DNA of 64,000 bases from Eledone cirrhosa (GCA_964016885.1 OZ024745.1:106578001-106642000), one strand, 5' to 3'. Positions 1 to 13,780 are shown, numbered from the stretch's first letter. The notes: generated by a model from the letters alone, not told the origin. A program made the numbers and translations.

Positions 1-332
1 GCTTTCAGTTTATGCTGGCAAAAGATTTACCTTTCAGTTTTGTTGTTGAGTAGTTGGTGGCTTGAGCTTAGAATATGGAAGAGCTCATTATTACACAACG
101 GACACGTTTTCATCCCACTCCGGTATGGAGGAGCATGTGAGAGTTTGGTCCATTTAAGGGTGTATTGTCGGTTACTCCCTTTTAAGTGCCAAATTTTGTC
201 GGCGAGAGTCGTTACGTAACGGTGTTGGTGGTGCTTTATTGTGTAACGAAACTGAAATTCTGATGAAACAATTGTTAATACGTGGATTAAATTCTTTTGT
301 AATTGTTTACCTTCGTCCTATTTCTCTTCTTT

Positions 333-438
<106 letters not shown>

Positions 439-472
439 CATGTGCTCATGGGTTTTTATCCAAATGTTTAGA

Positions 473-646
473 AATAATTGTTTCTACTTTTTGCACAAGG
501 CCAGCAAATACCCAGTACATTACTGGTACTTTATTTTATCGACCCCGTAAGGATGAACGGCATTTGAACCCAGACCATAAAGGGCGTTAACTCTATGCTT
601 GAAAGCATGGCGTCCGACTCGCTACCGATACTGCCAATCCACCGCC
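473..646 (-). mobile_element. tRNA-derived SINE with Nin/Deu-type central domain, internally deleted copy
   Basis: Minus strand: GGCGGTGGATTGGCAGTATCGG (A box), GGGTTCAAAT (B box), TTCATCCTTACGGGGTCGATAAAATAAAGTACCAG core, 3' tail GGCCTTGTGCAAAAAGTAGAAACAATTATT. About 20 related copies occur in the window. Confidence 0.9.
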
Positions 647-654
647 AAATATTA

Positions 655-900
655 AACTTTTTATCCCCTCGGGCCCGCATTAGGTGAAAAACTGCGGTTT
701 TTCAGATTTTAGGGGTTTTTTGAGGCGTTACGACAGACCGATTTCCTTGAAATTGTAACTATATATTAGTCAGTCTCTTCTTCATACAGTGAGCAAAGCA
801 AATCCAGCTTGTTTATGGCCTAGGGTCCGCATTAGTTGAAAAACTTTATTTTTTCAGCCTTTTAGGGCTTTTTTGAGGCGTTACGTCTAAATCGCATTCA
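655..900 (+). repeat. Two copies of the internal subrepeat of the adjacent Helitron (fragment of another copy)
   Basis: GGGCCCGCATTAGGTGAAAA...TTTTGAGGCGTTACG unit at ~671 and ~822; the same unit recurs at ~1112 and ~1245 inside the Helitron. Confidence 0.7.
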
Positions 901-942
901 GAGTTATTTCCCTTGGCATATATTGTATTATTAGAAGTCTAA

Positions 943-1435
943 TCTATATATATAAAACTGAGGATGTCAGTGTGTGTGTGTGTGTGTGTGAGTTTCAATC
1001 CCTAAAACTCGAGATGTACCCAACCGATTTTTTCCAAACTTTACATGTGTATTACTTATGTTTCAGGGAGTGTTATGCACATAAAAGAAAATCCAACTTT
1101 TTATGGCCTAGGGCCCGCATTAGGTGAAAAACTTCATTTTTCAGCTTTTTAGGGCTTTTTTGAGGCGTTACGTCTAGCCGATTTTCCCGAAATTTCAAGG
1201 CATGTTATGCACATCAAAAAGAATTCATTTTCTTGATTCCCTGGGGCCCGCATTAGGTGAAAACCTGCATTTTTCGTGCTTCATCGAGAAAAATCTTAAA
1301 GATTATCCAGCCATCAGAGTATTCGGTTTATTTCTTTACATATTGTCCAGGCATGCAGTTTTTCCACGATTAGGTCTGTTGGCGGCCCGCATTCCAAAAT
1401 ACCTTATTCCGTGCAACGCCGGGTACCACTGCTAG
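943..1435 (+). mobile_element. Non-autonomous Helitron
   Basis: A|TCTATATATATAAAA 5' end, internal (TG)n, subterminal hairpin CCGTGCAACGCCGGG (1409-1423), CTAG|T 3' end, no TSD. Confidence 0.85.
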
Positions 1436-1930
1436 TAAAATAATAAAATAATAAAAGGTTAAATTTCCATAATTTTTTTTATTACGTAATTAGCCATTGT
1501 TACATCTTGATGCTATAACACAATTTCTGATATATCTTCAGACAGCCTCTTAAGTAATCTATTTCTAATATTAGAGTTCGTTGAACAAGAAGCCACTATT
1601 TTATGTAGGTTTTTTTATATACTCCAATACAGATACATCTATATGTTTAGTCTCAGCGTTAGTCAAAAAGGGTACTTCTATTTATAAACTGTTGATACTT
1701 CTAATGTAATGATGAAATCTGAATAACGCCCCTTTTGAAAACGAATTTACATCTTCGGGAGAAATGCCATGGATACTTTCATGTTCGATTATGTTTACCT
1801 AAAAGCTTCTGCAATAACTAGAATATGAAAGTTTAAAAATAATTAAGATATTGGTTCTGATTGAAGCTATTTTCTTGAATTTATTTTCTTACAATGAAAG
1901 AAATGAATGTAATATTGTGAGAATAAGGAC

Positions 1931-2883
1931 TTCTAATCCAGGCATAGGGCTAACACTTTATGGAGTGGAGGAAATTGATTAAATTGACCCCAGTACTTGA
2001 CTAATACTTTTCTATTGACACCGGAAGGATGAAAAGTAACATTAACTTCAGCACAAATAATTGTTTCTACTTTTGGCACAAGGCCAGCAGTTACCTAGTA
2101 CATTACTGGTACTTTATTTTATCGACCCCGTAAGGATGAAAGGCAAAGTTAACCTCGGCGGGATTTGAACTCAGACCATAAAGGGCCGTAACTCTTTGCT
2201 GCAAAGCATGGCGTCAGACCCTCTACCCATACTGCCAATCGACCGCCCTTGACTTCAGCACCTTTTGGGTGGCAAGTCGATATCAGTGGATTACTGGTGC
2301 TTTATTTTATACACCCAGTAAGGATGAAAGACAAAGCTAACCTCGGCTGGATTTGAACTCAGAATGTAAAGGGACTTAACTCTATGCTTCGAAGCATGCT
2401 CTCTGACGCTCTGCCGATACAGCCAATCCATCAACCTAACCTCGGCCAAAATAATGATTTCTACTATAAGCACAAAGCCAGCAATTTTGAGGGAGGAGAA
2501 AGTCGATTAACTCTATCTCAGTATGTTACTGGTACTTTATTTTTACGACCCAGTAAAGATGAAATGTAAAGCTAACCTCGGTGGGATTTGAACTCAGAAT
2601 GTAAAGGGACTTAACACTATGCTGCGAAGCATGGTGTCAACCCACCACCCTAACCTCGGCGAAAATAATGATTTCTAGTATGGGCACAAGGCCAGCAATT
2701 TGGGAGAGGGGGAAGTCTATTAAATCGACCCCAGTACGTCACTGGTACTTTATTTTATCGACCCTGTAAGGATGAAAGGCAAATTTAACCTCTGTGGGAT
2801 TTGAACTCAGACCGTAAAGGACCGTAACTCTATGCTGCAAAGCATGGTGTCTGACATTCTACCAATACTGCCAATCACCGCTA
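1931..2883 (-). mobile_element. Cluster of five nested/tandem Nin-domain tRNA-SINEs
   Basis: Copies at ~1931-2054 (old), 2055-2248 (TSD TT[A/G]ACTTCAGCAC at 2042-2054 and 2249-2261), ~2262-2432, ~2449-2640 and 2668-2883 (GGCGAAAATA at 2658 and 2884). Confidence 0.9.
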
Positions 2884-3405
2884 GGCGAAAATAGTGAATG
2901 TAATATCTTCTCACACTCTCTCTATGAATTTGACACTTTGTGCAGCAGTAAATAATCAGAGTATTTGTAGATTCTTTTATTATTCTATCCCAAGCCTTTG
3001 TGATTGGATTACAATTTTTATATATTCAAGGTCAAACATTCAAGTTTATTTGAAGGTCAGACGTGAAACAAAACTTGTCATATAATTCATAGGTAGCTGT
3101 TATTGATTTTGTTTAGCACATGTCAATTTTGATCAAGCAAATCTATGGTCAAAAGCATTCCAGCCGTGAAAATTGTGTTTGTAAGAGAGAAGGAGGGTGG
3201 GAGAAAAAGAGAGAGTGTGTGTGAGAGAGTATGTGTGTGTGAGTGTGTGTGTGTGTGAGAGAATGTGTGTGTGTGTGTGTGTGTGTGAGGTCACAAAACA
3301 TTGGTCTACAATTCGCTATTGGTAATCTAACTGCTTTCGTCAACTTAGTGTAAGTACTCGTGTGTGAATTTTCACTTTTGGTTCTGTAAATTCACTTAGC
3401 CTTAA

Positions 3406-3461
3406 GAGTGCGTGTTTGTGTGTACGTTCCAGCACATGAGTGCGTGTATGTGTGTATTGTG

Positions 3462-3551
<90 letters not shown>

Positions 3552-3590
3552 CGTGTGTGTGTGTGCGTGTGTGTGTGTGTGTGCGTGTGT
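3406..3590. repeat. (GT)n microsatellite
   Basis: Direct inspection. Confidence 0.95.
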
Positions 3591-4447
3591 CTTTGTTTTT
3601 ATTTACTTTTGGTTTAGTTTTAGATTTGGGTTTTTTTTGTCATTTAGAAATAAATCTTTGACATCTAACGGCTTTCTATTTGTTCCCTTTTTTCTCATTC
3701 GTTCGTCCATTACTTTTGTCCTTTGTTTTTCTGTCTTTCTATGTCGTTCTTTCTTGAGATTCTCTCCAACTCCTTTATATTCACAAGTTTATTTGCTTCA
3801 TCTTCTTCTCCTGTTTCCGCTTTAATTGCAATCCACACGATATAACAGAGAGATGAAGAGAACTAAAAATGTCTTGAAACGTTGACAAGTGGTAATTGAA
3901 TGATTTCAAAGCTGGCTATATTCTTGCAGATAGATGGAAGTGAAATGGCACTTTAGCACAATGTAGTATAGCCTCAAAGAATGGTAGAAAGAAATTAAGA
4001 ATGAAATAAAAGAGGAATAAGATAAATGGCGAAAGGAATAAGAAAAGAACGAAACGAATAGAGGGAGAGAAAGAAAATTACAGGGGGGAGGGGGGAATGC
4101 TGAATGCAGAAAGAAAGAATAAGGTAAATAAAGAAAGAAAAATAGACAGAAAAAGAAGTAAAACATAAAGAAGAACTGAAAGAAAGAAGGAAAAGAGAAC
4201 GAAAGAAAGAAAGAAACAAACAATCAACCAAACAAACAAACGAAGACGTCTCCTGCAATATGTGAACGACATTCTGTCATAAGTTTGATGGGGGCAGTGA
4301 GAAATTTATCCGGGGTTGTTTAGTTTCTTAAGCGATTTATTTGTTGTGTGTTTTTCTCTATTTGTTTTCACTGTTATGTTCTATTTATCTTCCATTTCCT
4401 CACACTGTTTCATGTCTATTACTTGTGTTCCTAAATCTCATTCTCAT

Positions 4448-4549
<102 letters not shown>

Positions 4550-4556
4550 TACATAT

Positions 4557-4594
<38 letters not shown>

Positions 4595-5241
4595 ATATAT
4601 ATGTATAATACATACATACATATATATCGCCTTGTCAGCAATACTAATTCCTGGTTTGACAGAATTGTCAGAGTGTTCGACAAAATGCGTTCTGTGTTCA
4701 AATTCCCCTTCCCCAAACAATTCTTGACTTTGTGCCCAAATAAGATACCATTGCCGTTATTCATTCCAAAACACTCATGATCAAGGGGACATATGATAAT
4801 AGACATTCCAACCGTGACCATCAAATATAAAAAAAAAAATAAAGGACTATGCTATGTAACACGTTAAGGTGTTATTTGACTGAAATATTTAGCTGCTATT
4901 TTCAGCAGGGCGGGCGTCTCCCTTGACATTTCTTCGTCGGTTTGTTGCCTTTATTTTCATGATAAGGGTGAAATACCACAATCGGAAGAGCACCGGACAA
5001 AATGACTTGAGATATTAAGTTGCATCCATCTGTAACATTAGTAGACAAGGTATATTCACCAAAATGTAACAAATCTCTCTCTCCCTCTCTCATATATACA
5101 TATATTTATATATATGATTTGGGATGCCATTTCTAATTGTATAACTGCCTGAATGAGTTGGGGTGAATAACCCAACGAAACTTAAGTATCTGGACATGTC
5201 ATTGTTGTAACTAATTATACACACACACACACATACATATA

Positions 5242-5560
5242 ATTTTCTTTTTATTTGCCACCAGGGCATCAAAAAGTGGGACAAGTACGATGGGGGGGGG
5301 GAGTTTACATAACAAGGCGTCCTCAATAAGGAGGAGGCAATAACAAAATATAAAAATAAAATAAAATATAACAAAATAAAATTTATAACAAAATCCTCAA
5401 TAGAGAGGAGGCGCCTTGGGGGGTCGCACACACCCCCGAAAAAAGTGTGCAACCCTTCTCCTCAGGAGCACAGAGAGGGGGTGCTCCCTTGGTCTTTCAT
5501 CTTCCTCTCCTATAGTCTGATGTAGAGTGAAGGCCCATTCACACGGGCCATTCTCGCCAT
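5242..5560 (-). mobile_element. 5'-truncated Tx1-type LINE 3' end
   Basis: GGCCCATTCACACGGGCCATTCTCGCCA matches the ORF2 C-terminus of the Tx1 element at ~45580 (MARMARVNGP vs VARMARVSGP). AATAAA and A-rich tail on minus. Apparent 18-bp TSD CACACACACATACATATA at 5224 and 5561. Confidence 0.8.
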
Positions 5561-5894
5561 CACACACACATACATATAGATAGATAGATGTGTGAGTGTA
5601 TGTATGTGTGTGTGGCAGTGTCTGTGTCTGTATAGAGAGGGAAACAGAGAGACAGGGGTTAGTAGATAGATAGATGAGAATATTTACGCTTAAAATGCAC
5701 ACTTAATAAACCGTTCGCCTATTCTCACAAGAATGAGAACATTTTAAAACTTTATAAAATTTTACTCCATTTTTTTTGTCCTGCTTTTAATTATATTCCA
5801 TGAATCCTTCATCAAAATTTTAGAACACTTTTGACGGAGTGTTGCATTAGTTTGTGACAAATGAGCAAAAATGTTTTACAGATCTTTATACAGA

Positions 5895-7200
5895 CTAGCT
5901 GGACCCGTGAACAATTTCACGGATAATCCCCTCTCTCTATATTAAAACCCTCCTCTATATATATATATTAACCCTCCTTTTTCAATATTATAACCCTTCT
6001 CTCTATATTATTCTATATTATAACCTCCTCCTCTCTATATATTAACCCATCCCTTTCCCTATATTATAAACCCCTCTCTTTAAATATAGTATAACCCCTT
6101 CTCTCTATATATATTATAACCCCCTCTCTCTCTATATATATATATAATAACCCATCCATTTCTCTCTATTATAACCCCCTCTCTCTAAATATATTTGAAC
6201 CCCCCCTCTCTCTCTCTCTCCTTTCCAAACGTTGCAACGCTCTTTGATTTTCTTTGGCCGTAGATTGTCGTAGATTGTTTACCACCTCAGTTCCATTGTT
6301 TTACTGAAAGCGTGATACACACGGTCGGACGTACGGTACGTTGCTATTAGCTCGACCAGCACCGCTTTGCTTGTTTTCGTGCGGCCTCCAAACCCCACAG
6401 TGGGTCCTGGCTCCATGCCCTGCCCTCCTTCTCCACTGGCACGCAGCTAGACAACCATAGCCTGCGCATCGGCGTTTCCCTGAGGCTCGGCCCCCGGATC
6501 TGCCAGCTACACCAATGTCGCTGCGGTTCCACCGTGGACTCTTTCGGCCTCCACCCGCTTTCCTGTCGTCACAGTGTCGGCCGCATTCCACGCCATGCTG
6601 CCCTCAACGAGGTCATTAAGCATGGCTTGGACGCTGCAGGCTTCGCTTCCCAGCTCGAGGATCGAGGGGACGTCAAAAGGCCAGATGGCATGACCATCTT
6701 CCCGTTCCGCAGTGGAAAACTCCTCGTCTGGGATGCCACTTGCACCGACACTTTCTGCAGCCGCAACCTGGTGCAGTCTGCGGCTGACTCAGGTGCTGCT
6801 GCACGTCGCGCTGAGGGGGCCAAACTCCTCAAATACCGGTCTCTCTCCGACAGATTTGCGGTCATACCCCTGGCAGTGGAGACTTCTGGTGAACTCGGCC
6901 CCAAGGCTATCTCCTTACTCACCACCATAGGTGCTGAGATGGCCAGCCGCAGGTGTGAGCCCCGTGAGTCGGAGTGGCTTTTCCAGCGCGTCTCCCTTGC
7001 CATCCTCCGGGGAAACGCCTTCTCCATTCTATCCGCCGGGGCTGTGGGTGGGCCCCATCGCATACCGTTGTAGTTCTTGTAGAAGAAACAGGAAGACAAC
7101 AACTGGAAACTACATGGTGGGTACTGAAAATTTAATTAAAGCTGCCCAATTATTTTGAAAACGATCTGAATCGATACGTGCCTAAGTATTAATATATAGA
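5895..7200 (-). mobile_element. Non-autonomous Helitron carrying a minisatellite and a CRE-like retrotransposon fragment
   Basis: Minus strand A|TCTATATATTAATAC start at 7200, hairpin CCGTGAA-CAAT-TTCACGG (5905-5922), CTAG|T end at 5895. Internal CTCTCTATATTATAACCC-type minisatellite at ~5925-6210. Confidence 0.75.
6351..7073 (+). pseudogene. C-terminal zinc finger plus restriction-like (PD..D/ExK) endonuclease of a CRE-clade-like non-LTR retrotransposon
   Basis: Stop-free frame of 241 codons: SGSWLHALP, LDNHSLRIGVSLRLG, CRCG..VD..GLHPLSC, RHAALN, KRPDG, LVWDATC, KY, PLAVETSG, LFQRVSLAILRGNA. No RT domain present. Confidence 0.88.
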
Positions 7201-7474
7201 TTCTTATTTCAAATTCCACTGCGGTTCTAGCTTTCATCGTTACATTTGGCTGTTGTTCATCCACGCTTGAATGAAAGCTTCAGCAGGCCATTTTAGGCTT
7301 ATTTATACATTTTGTGTGTCTGCCTGTCTACGTTGGCCATATATAGTTCTCGGTGTTAAATAGTAGATCAGAATATTTTAAAAGTGTCAAACATATTGTA
7401 TGATGAGAATGAGGGCAAAGGAATAATAATACTTGCCGGAAGATGAGTGATATATAAATGAAGAGAAGTAAATA

Positions 7475-7475
7475 A

Positions 7476-7547
<72 letters not shown>

Positions 7548-7723
7548 AATATATAGTGATGCGGCTGATCATGATGAATTGGATGAAACATGATCATCAT
7601 GCTCATCATAACCATGAAGAAGAAGAAGAAGAAGAAGAAGAAGAAGAAGAAGAAGAAGAAGAAGAAGAAGAAGAAGAAGAAGAAGAAGAAGAAGAAATGA
7701 TGATGATGATGATGATGATGATG
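7475..7723. repeat. (TAG)n, (GAA)n and (ATG)n trinucleotide tracts
   Basis: Direct inspection. Confidence 0.95.
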
Positions 7724-8070
7724 AAACAGAAACAAAAACAAAAATGACAACATCAACAAAATGTAATAACAGTAAGAGCAAACAACAAAACAATGACACC
7801 AATGACAAGACGACAGTTAGGCTTCAACTGAAGCCATTCAATAACATTTAAGTCAAGTTTGGAAGTGCCAACAATTCTGTCAAGTGTCCTTTCTGTCTCT
7901 GAATAGAAATTCTTCCGCTTCCTTCCCTCCTTGCTTCTACTCTTCCTGACATTTTCTACTAATTTTCAGATTGGCGTTTCAATAAATAACTTTTACTGTT
8001 TGTTTCTGAGGTATAACACGACGAAGTCAAATACTTATATACGAAGATAGTGTGAAATTGAGCCAACGAG

Positions 8071-8770
8071 GAGACTTCTGGTGGTGTCCTTGGTCCTAGG
8101 GCCACCTCACTACTCTCTACCATCGGCGCAGACCTGGCTGCCTGCAGGAGTGGGCCTCGTGAGCTGGAATGGTTCTTCTAAATCGTCTCCCTCACCATCT
8201 TCCGGGGAAACACCTTCTCTACTCTGTCCGTTCATAATAATTGTTTCTACTTTTTGGCACAAGGCCAGCAAATACCCAGTGCATTACTGGTACTTTATTT
8301 TATCGACCCCGTAAGGATGAAAGGTAAAGTTAACCTCGGCGGGATTTGAACTCAGATCGTAAAGGGACGTAACTATGCTGGAAAGCATGGCGTCCGACCC
8401 TCTACCGATACTGCAAATCCACCGCCCTCTTTGCTCATAATAATTGTTTCTACTATTGGCACAAGGCCAGCAATTACCCAGTACATTACTGGTACTTTAT
8501 TTTATCGACCCCGTAAGGATGAAAGGCAAAGTTAACCTCGGCGGGATTTGAACTCAGAATGGCAAGGGCCGTGACTCTATGCGTCAAAGCATGGCGTCCG
8601 ACCCTCTTGCTCATAATAATGAGAGATGGGGAGAACCGGAGAGACAGAGTTGGTGATAGTGGGAGTTTGCTTCCTCTGTGTTCGGACCTGGTGTACATGT
8701 GTGTATGACTGATTTATTTGTATAATTTTATAAACTAATAAAATACTACCTATCTCTAAAAAAAAAAAGA
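8071..8770 (+). mobile_element. Second, degraded CRE-like 3' end interrupted by two SINEs, with probable 3' UTR and poly(A)
   Basis: 8071-8225 translates ETSGGVLGPRATSLLSTIGADLAACRSGPRELEWFF*IVSLTIFRGNTF, homologous to 6880-7030. After the SINEs come AATAAA (~8737) and an A-run at 8758-8768. Confidence 0.7.
8235..8606 (-). mobile_element. Two tandem Nin-domain SINEs
   Basis: Full copy 8235-8427 and 5'-truncated copy 8438-8606. TCATAATAAT precedes, separates and follows them. Confidence 0.9.
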
Positions 8771-8821
8771 AAAAGGAAAAGAACGTTTTATATTGTCGTT
8801 TGGCCAGCTAGAAATAACACA

Positions 8822-9330
8822 TAGGCTATATCTATGATCCAACACTGTTTGTTTTCTTTCTCAATTAACACAATATCTGGTCTCCTAAGCTCAAGCTCAT
8901 GGTCACTCTGTATCGCAAAGTCCCACAGGATCTTTGCATTATCATTTTCAATAACGCCCTCGGTTATGTTCGTACCACTATTGTGCTCTGTTAAATGCAT
9001 ATTTTCCACAAATTGCTCAATAGACTATCCTTGCTATGTTGTCGTGGTGCACATTGACTGGTAATATGACATACAGTTTCTTTATTCATACCACAAATTC
9101 TACATTTATCATTTACTCGTGTGTGGTCTACTCTATGCTTGATGTAGTTAGTTCGTTGTGCTTGTTCTTGGGGCAGCACAGATTAAGTTTCCGGTTTTAG
9201 ATCACTTTTAGCCATCCATAACCACATTTTTTCTGTTCTATCTTCAACATCTCTATGGAATTGTCCATACACTCTTTTTTCTTGTCCATCTACTTTCAGT
9301 TTCATCCATTTTCAAACGCTTACACTGTGT
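8822..9330 (-). pseudogene. R4/Dong-clade non-LTR retrotransposon remnant (zinc finger plus RLE)
   Basis: QEQAQRTNYIKHRVD, DKCRICG...ETVCHITSQC, NDNAKILWDFAIQSDHELELRRPDIVLIEKENKQCWIIDIA; frameshifted. Confidence 0.85.
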
Positions 9331-9743
9331 TTCTTCTTTGCAATCTTCTATTTTGCACAGCCCTGACCTTCATACTTGATGTCCATGATGTCCCGGAGAT
9401 TCCTCTCATAAAAGCCCTCCAGTTTCTTTATATCTTTCCTGTACAATGTTCAGCTCATACAAATGTGTGGGAGGTGCCTCGGCTTTATACAACATGAGAT
9501 TTGTTCTGGAAGACACTTGTGAAGACACTTGCTGCCTGGATCCTACATTTGATGTCTTTGCTTGTAGTTAATATATATATATATGTGTGTGAGGAAGGGC
9601 TATAGAATAGTATCCCTTCTGTCATTGCTGACAATGGGCTTGACGTGGCACATATGATCAAGGGAGGTATTTTCCTACACGTCTATTTGATCAATGTTCA
9701 GACGAAGGGAAATCAGTAACAACAACATCAGTGTGATCGTTCA

Positions 9744-9826
9744 TAATTTGGCTGTTATTTCTGGCATGCCATATTGGTATCAGAGTGGAGCAGAGAGATT
9801 TGTGGAGTAAAGCGAGAACGAAGAGA

Positions 9827-9916
<90 letters not shown>

Positions 9917-10239
9917 GAGAGAAAGAGGGATAGAGAGAGAGAGAGTAAGGGAGAGAGAGAAATACTCACGGGTGCATACAATGATTGCTTTTTGCAGTAT
10001 GGTCTAACTTCAGATCTATGGTCAAAGGCGTACTAGGCACGCCTATCTCCTAGACACTACTATTAGATAACGTAGATATCTGCAATAGTGGGAGTCGCTA
10101 CATGATCGTAGCTGAATGTGACAGAAATAATTGTTTTACACTCTCAACAAATTAAGAGATAGGCGTGCCTAGTACGCCTTTGACCATAGATCTGAATTTA
10201 GACCATACTGCAACAGCAATCAATGTATACACCCATGAG

Positions 10240-10314
<75 letters not shown>

Positions 10315-10397
10315 TCTCTTCGTTCTAGCTTTACTCCACAAATCTCTCTGCTCCACTCTGATACCAATATGGCATGCCAGAAATAACAGCCAAATTA
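9744..10397. repeat. Inverted repeat (foldback) with (GA)n/(TC)n-containing arms
   Basis: Arm 9744-10049 is the reverse complement of 10156-10397 apart from a few substitutions and microsatellite length; spacer ~105 bp. Confidence 0.92.
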
Positions 10398-10534
10398 CAC
10401 AATTTGTTATATAAGAGTTTCTATGAATGCATTATCTAACTCGCCCTTCCTTAAAGATGGTAGAGGGATCATTGTGAGGAATTTGGCTGCTGTTCCATGC
10501 AGGGCGAGCTGTGTTGGTTTGTTGATGCTGATGT

Positions 10535-10850
10535 TGGGTGATGGTGGTGGTGATGATTGTGGTGGTGGTGGTGGTGGTGGTGGTGGTGATGATTGTGGTG
10601 GTGGTGGTGATGGTGGTGGTGGTGGTGGTGGTGGTGGTATGTTCCATGGTAGAGCTGTTGAAGGTATGTGGTAGGTTGGTGATGATGTTGCCGGTGGTTG
10701 AGGCGTTAGTGATAGTGATTATGGTGAGGGTGAGGGTGATGGTGATTCTGCTGGTAGAGGTGGTGGCGATGATGACGATGCTTTTGTTCATGGTGATGGT
10801 GATGGTGGTGGTGGTGGTGGTGGCGTTATAGCTTGTGATGGTGGTGGTTG
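10535..10850. repeat. (GGT/GAT)n low-complexity tract
   Basis: Direct inspection. Confidence 0.9.
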
Positions 10851-11064
10851 TATTGGCAATGAGCAACTTACTGCATATAATAGACATTATGGCACCTTTC
10901 TACCTGGGTGTCACTGTTGATTCAAACTACATAAATACATATGTAAATAAACACCCGACTCTGCCCGGTCTAAATATTAATCCGGCAGCTGGAGTAAACG
11001 AAGAAGAGAAACAAAAGGAAAGAAAAGACATCAAATTGACACTGTCTCATACAATCGCGTGAAC

Positions 11065-11089
11065 TGACACAGACACACACACACACACA

Positions 11090-11147
<58 letters not shown>

Positions 11148-11176
11148 TGCGTGCGTGTAAGTGTGTGTGAATGTGA

Positions 11177-11226
<50 letters not shown>

Positions 11227-11642
11227 GTAAGCAAAAAGGGTTGCAGCTTCGAGTATAATCTTATATATGTATATATATATGTATATATATTATACATATA
11301 TATATGTATATATATATGTATATATATATACATATATATATGTATATATATATGTATATATATATATATGTATATATATATATGTATATATACATATATA
11401 TATATACATATATATATTATACATATATATATACATATATATATGTATATATATATATACATATATATATCATATATATATGTATATATATATATACATA
11501 TATATATACATATATATATGTATATATATATACATATATATATACATATATATGTATATATATATGTATATATATATATACATATATATATGTATATATA
11601 TATGTATATATATATATACATATATATATGTATATATATATG

Positions 11643-11674
<32 letters not shown>

Positions 11675-11988
11675 CATATATATATGTATATATATATGTA
11701 TATATATATATACATATATATATGTATATATATATGTATATATATATTACATATATATATGTATATATATATGTATATATATATATATGTATATATATAT
11801 ATGTATATATATATATGTATGTATATATATATATGTATGTATATATATATATATATGTGTGTGTATATATATGTGTGTGTATATATATATATATGTATAT
11901 ATATGTATATATGTATATATATATAGATGTATATATATATATATATATATATACATATTTTTATACATATATTACACCACACACCATT

Positions 11989-12025
<37 letters not shown>

Positions 12026-12027
12026 AT

Positions 12028-12108
<81 letters not shown>

Positions 12109-12140
12109 ATATATTTATATATATTATATATATTATATAT

Positions 12141-12173
<33 letters not shown>

Positions 12174-12200
12174 ATATATATTCATATATACATATTATAT
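11065..12200. repeat. Compound (TA)n/(TATG)/(TACA) microsatellite
   Basis: Direct inspection. Confidence 0.95.
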
Positions 12201-12550
12201 CGTTATGATATCAACTGTTAGTTTCAAAAGAAAAAAATCGTACAAATATTTACACAAAACCTCGGTCTTATGTTCGAAATAAAAAAAAGCAGAACAAATA
12301 TACAGTTGCCCTTTATACACACCGCATTCTAGGAAATCATCTATTTTTGTCATTTCTGTACACCACACCCAACATTTATGCTACTACACTGATCATGGTT
12401 TTGACAGTATACCTTATATCTCTGAAAATCAAAATCCAACACTGGAATGTCATAGTTGTTACTTCAAATGGTATAGAAGTTGGTTTGTCATTCATTTCGC
12501 TTGTTTTTCTTTCTGCTTATTTTTATTATTAATTCTTTAAGAGGCAAAGA

Positions 12551-12970
12551 GGCAGTGGATTTTCAGTATCGGCAGAAAGTCAGACAGCATGCTTTGCAGC
12601 ATAGAGTTAAACCCCTTTACGTTCTGAGTTCAGATCCCGTCGAGGTTAACTTTGCCTTTCATCCTTACGGGGTCGATTTAATCGACCTTACCCTCCCCCA
12701 AAATTGTTGGCTTTGTGCCTATATAAGAAACCATTATTAATCTTTTAAACTAAGGGTGGTGGATTGGCAGTATCGGTAGAGAGTTGGACACCATGCTTTG
12801 CAGCATAGAGTTACGGCCCTTTACGGTCTAAGTTCAAATCCCGGCGAGGTTAACTTTGCCTTTCATCCTTACAGGGTCGATAAAATAAAGCACCAGTAAC
12901 GTACTGCGGTCATTTTAATCGACTTCTCCCTCCCACCAAAATACTGGTCTATAATAGAAATCATTATTAA
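12551..12970 (+). mobile_element. Two tandem Nin-domain SINEs
   Basis: Copies 12551-12740 and 12754-12970. TTATTAATC[T/C]TTTAAACT is repeated at 12734 and 12964 (TSD). Confidence 0.9.
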
Positions 12971-13559
12971 TCCTTTAAACTGAAAGAAGTGTCACTCGCC
13001 ATGGACATTAAGAACCTACTAAGATGACCTACTGTCCTTCTAAAACTGTTTCAAGTCGACGATTACGGGAAATGAGTAAGGCAGATATTCAACTGGATGT
13101 AGTGATAATACTTTTTTGTGAGTGCTTAGAGATAATATGGATAAAGAGAGGTTGAAACCTGAATGAGTCAGAAGTTCCAACTGGAGGATGCACGAAAACA
13201 GTCAGTGACGAGAAGAAGATAATGCAGTAACGGTAAAAAGTTTTGTTGTATGATAGTACAAAACCAGTAATTTTTTTTTGGGGGGGGGGCGTAGCAGTGG
13301 GGTCTCATCTTATCTTTGTAAACGTTTAGAAGGTTTTGGAAGAGGGGCTGAAGAAGTACTTCCTGGTCTTGGTATAGGGTCTGATTTTGAGATGCGGTCC
13401 TAATTTGGTTTGATAAAAAGCATAAGAACAAAATGACCTATCGTAATGGTTACTATGTTCGTTCTTGGTGCTTAGAAACAGACCAGCAATGTTTGAGCAG
13501 TCATATTATCAGAACCATCACAGCCGTGGCAACTCCATTTTCTTTTTAACTTCATGTAC

Positions 13560-13780
13560 CATAAAACCACATCTGTTATCTCTTGAATCAACCGAAAACC
13601 ACATTGCGGTTCAAGTAGAATGTTTAGTGCAGCAAAATGTTTAGAAGTGTCCTCACAAAGTTCTTTCCAACAACAGACAGAGGAGGTTTCCACGCTAATT
13701 ATCGCACGGGCCTTTAGGTCTTTTCTTATACAAAAACGCGTAAATGGCATCATCTCTCCACGCTTGTGGATCTACGCCCT
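13560..13780 (-). pseudogene. Highly degraded RTE-like reverse transcriptase fragment
   Basis: DN*RG and ILLEPQCGFR...TD resemble the NYRGISLL / LPESQCGFR motifs; several frameshifts. Confidence 0.5.
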
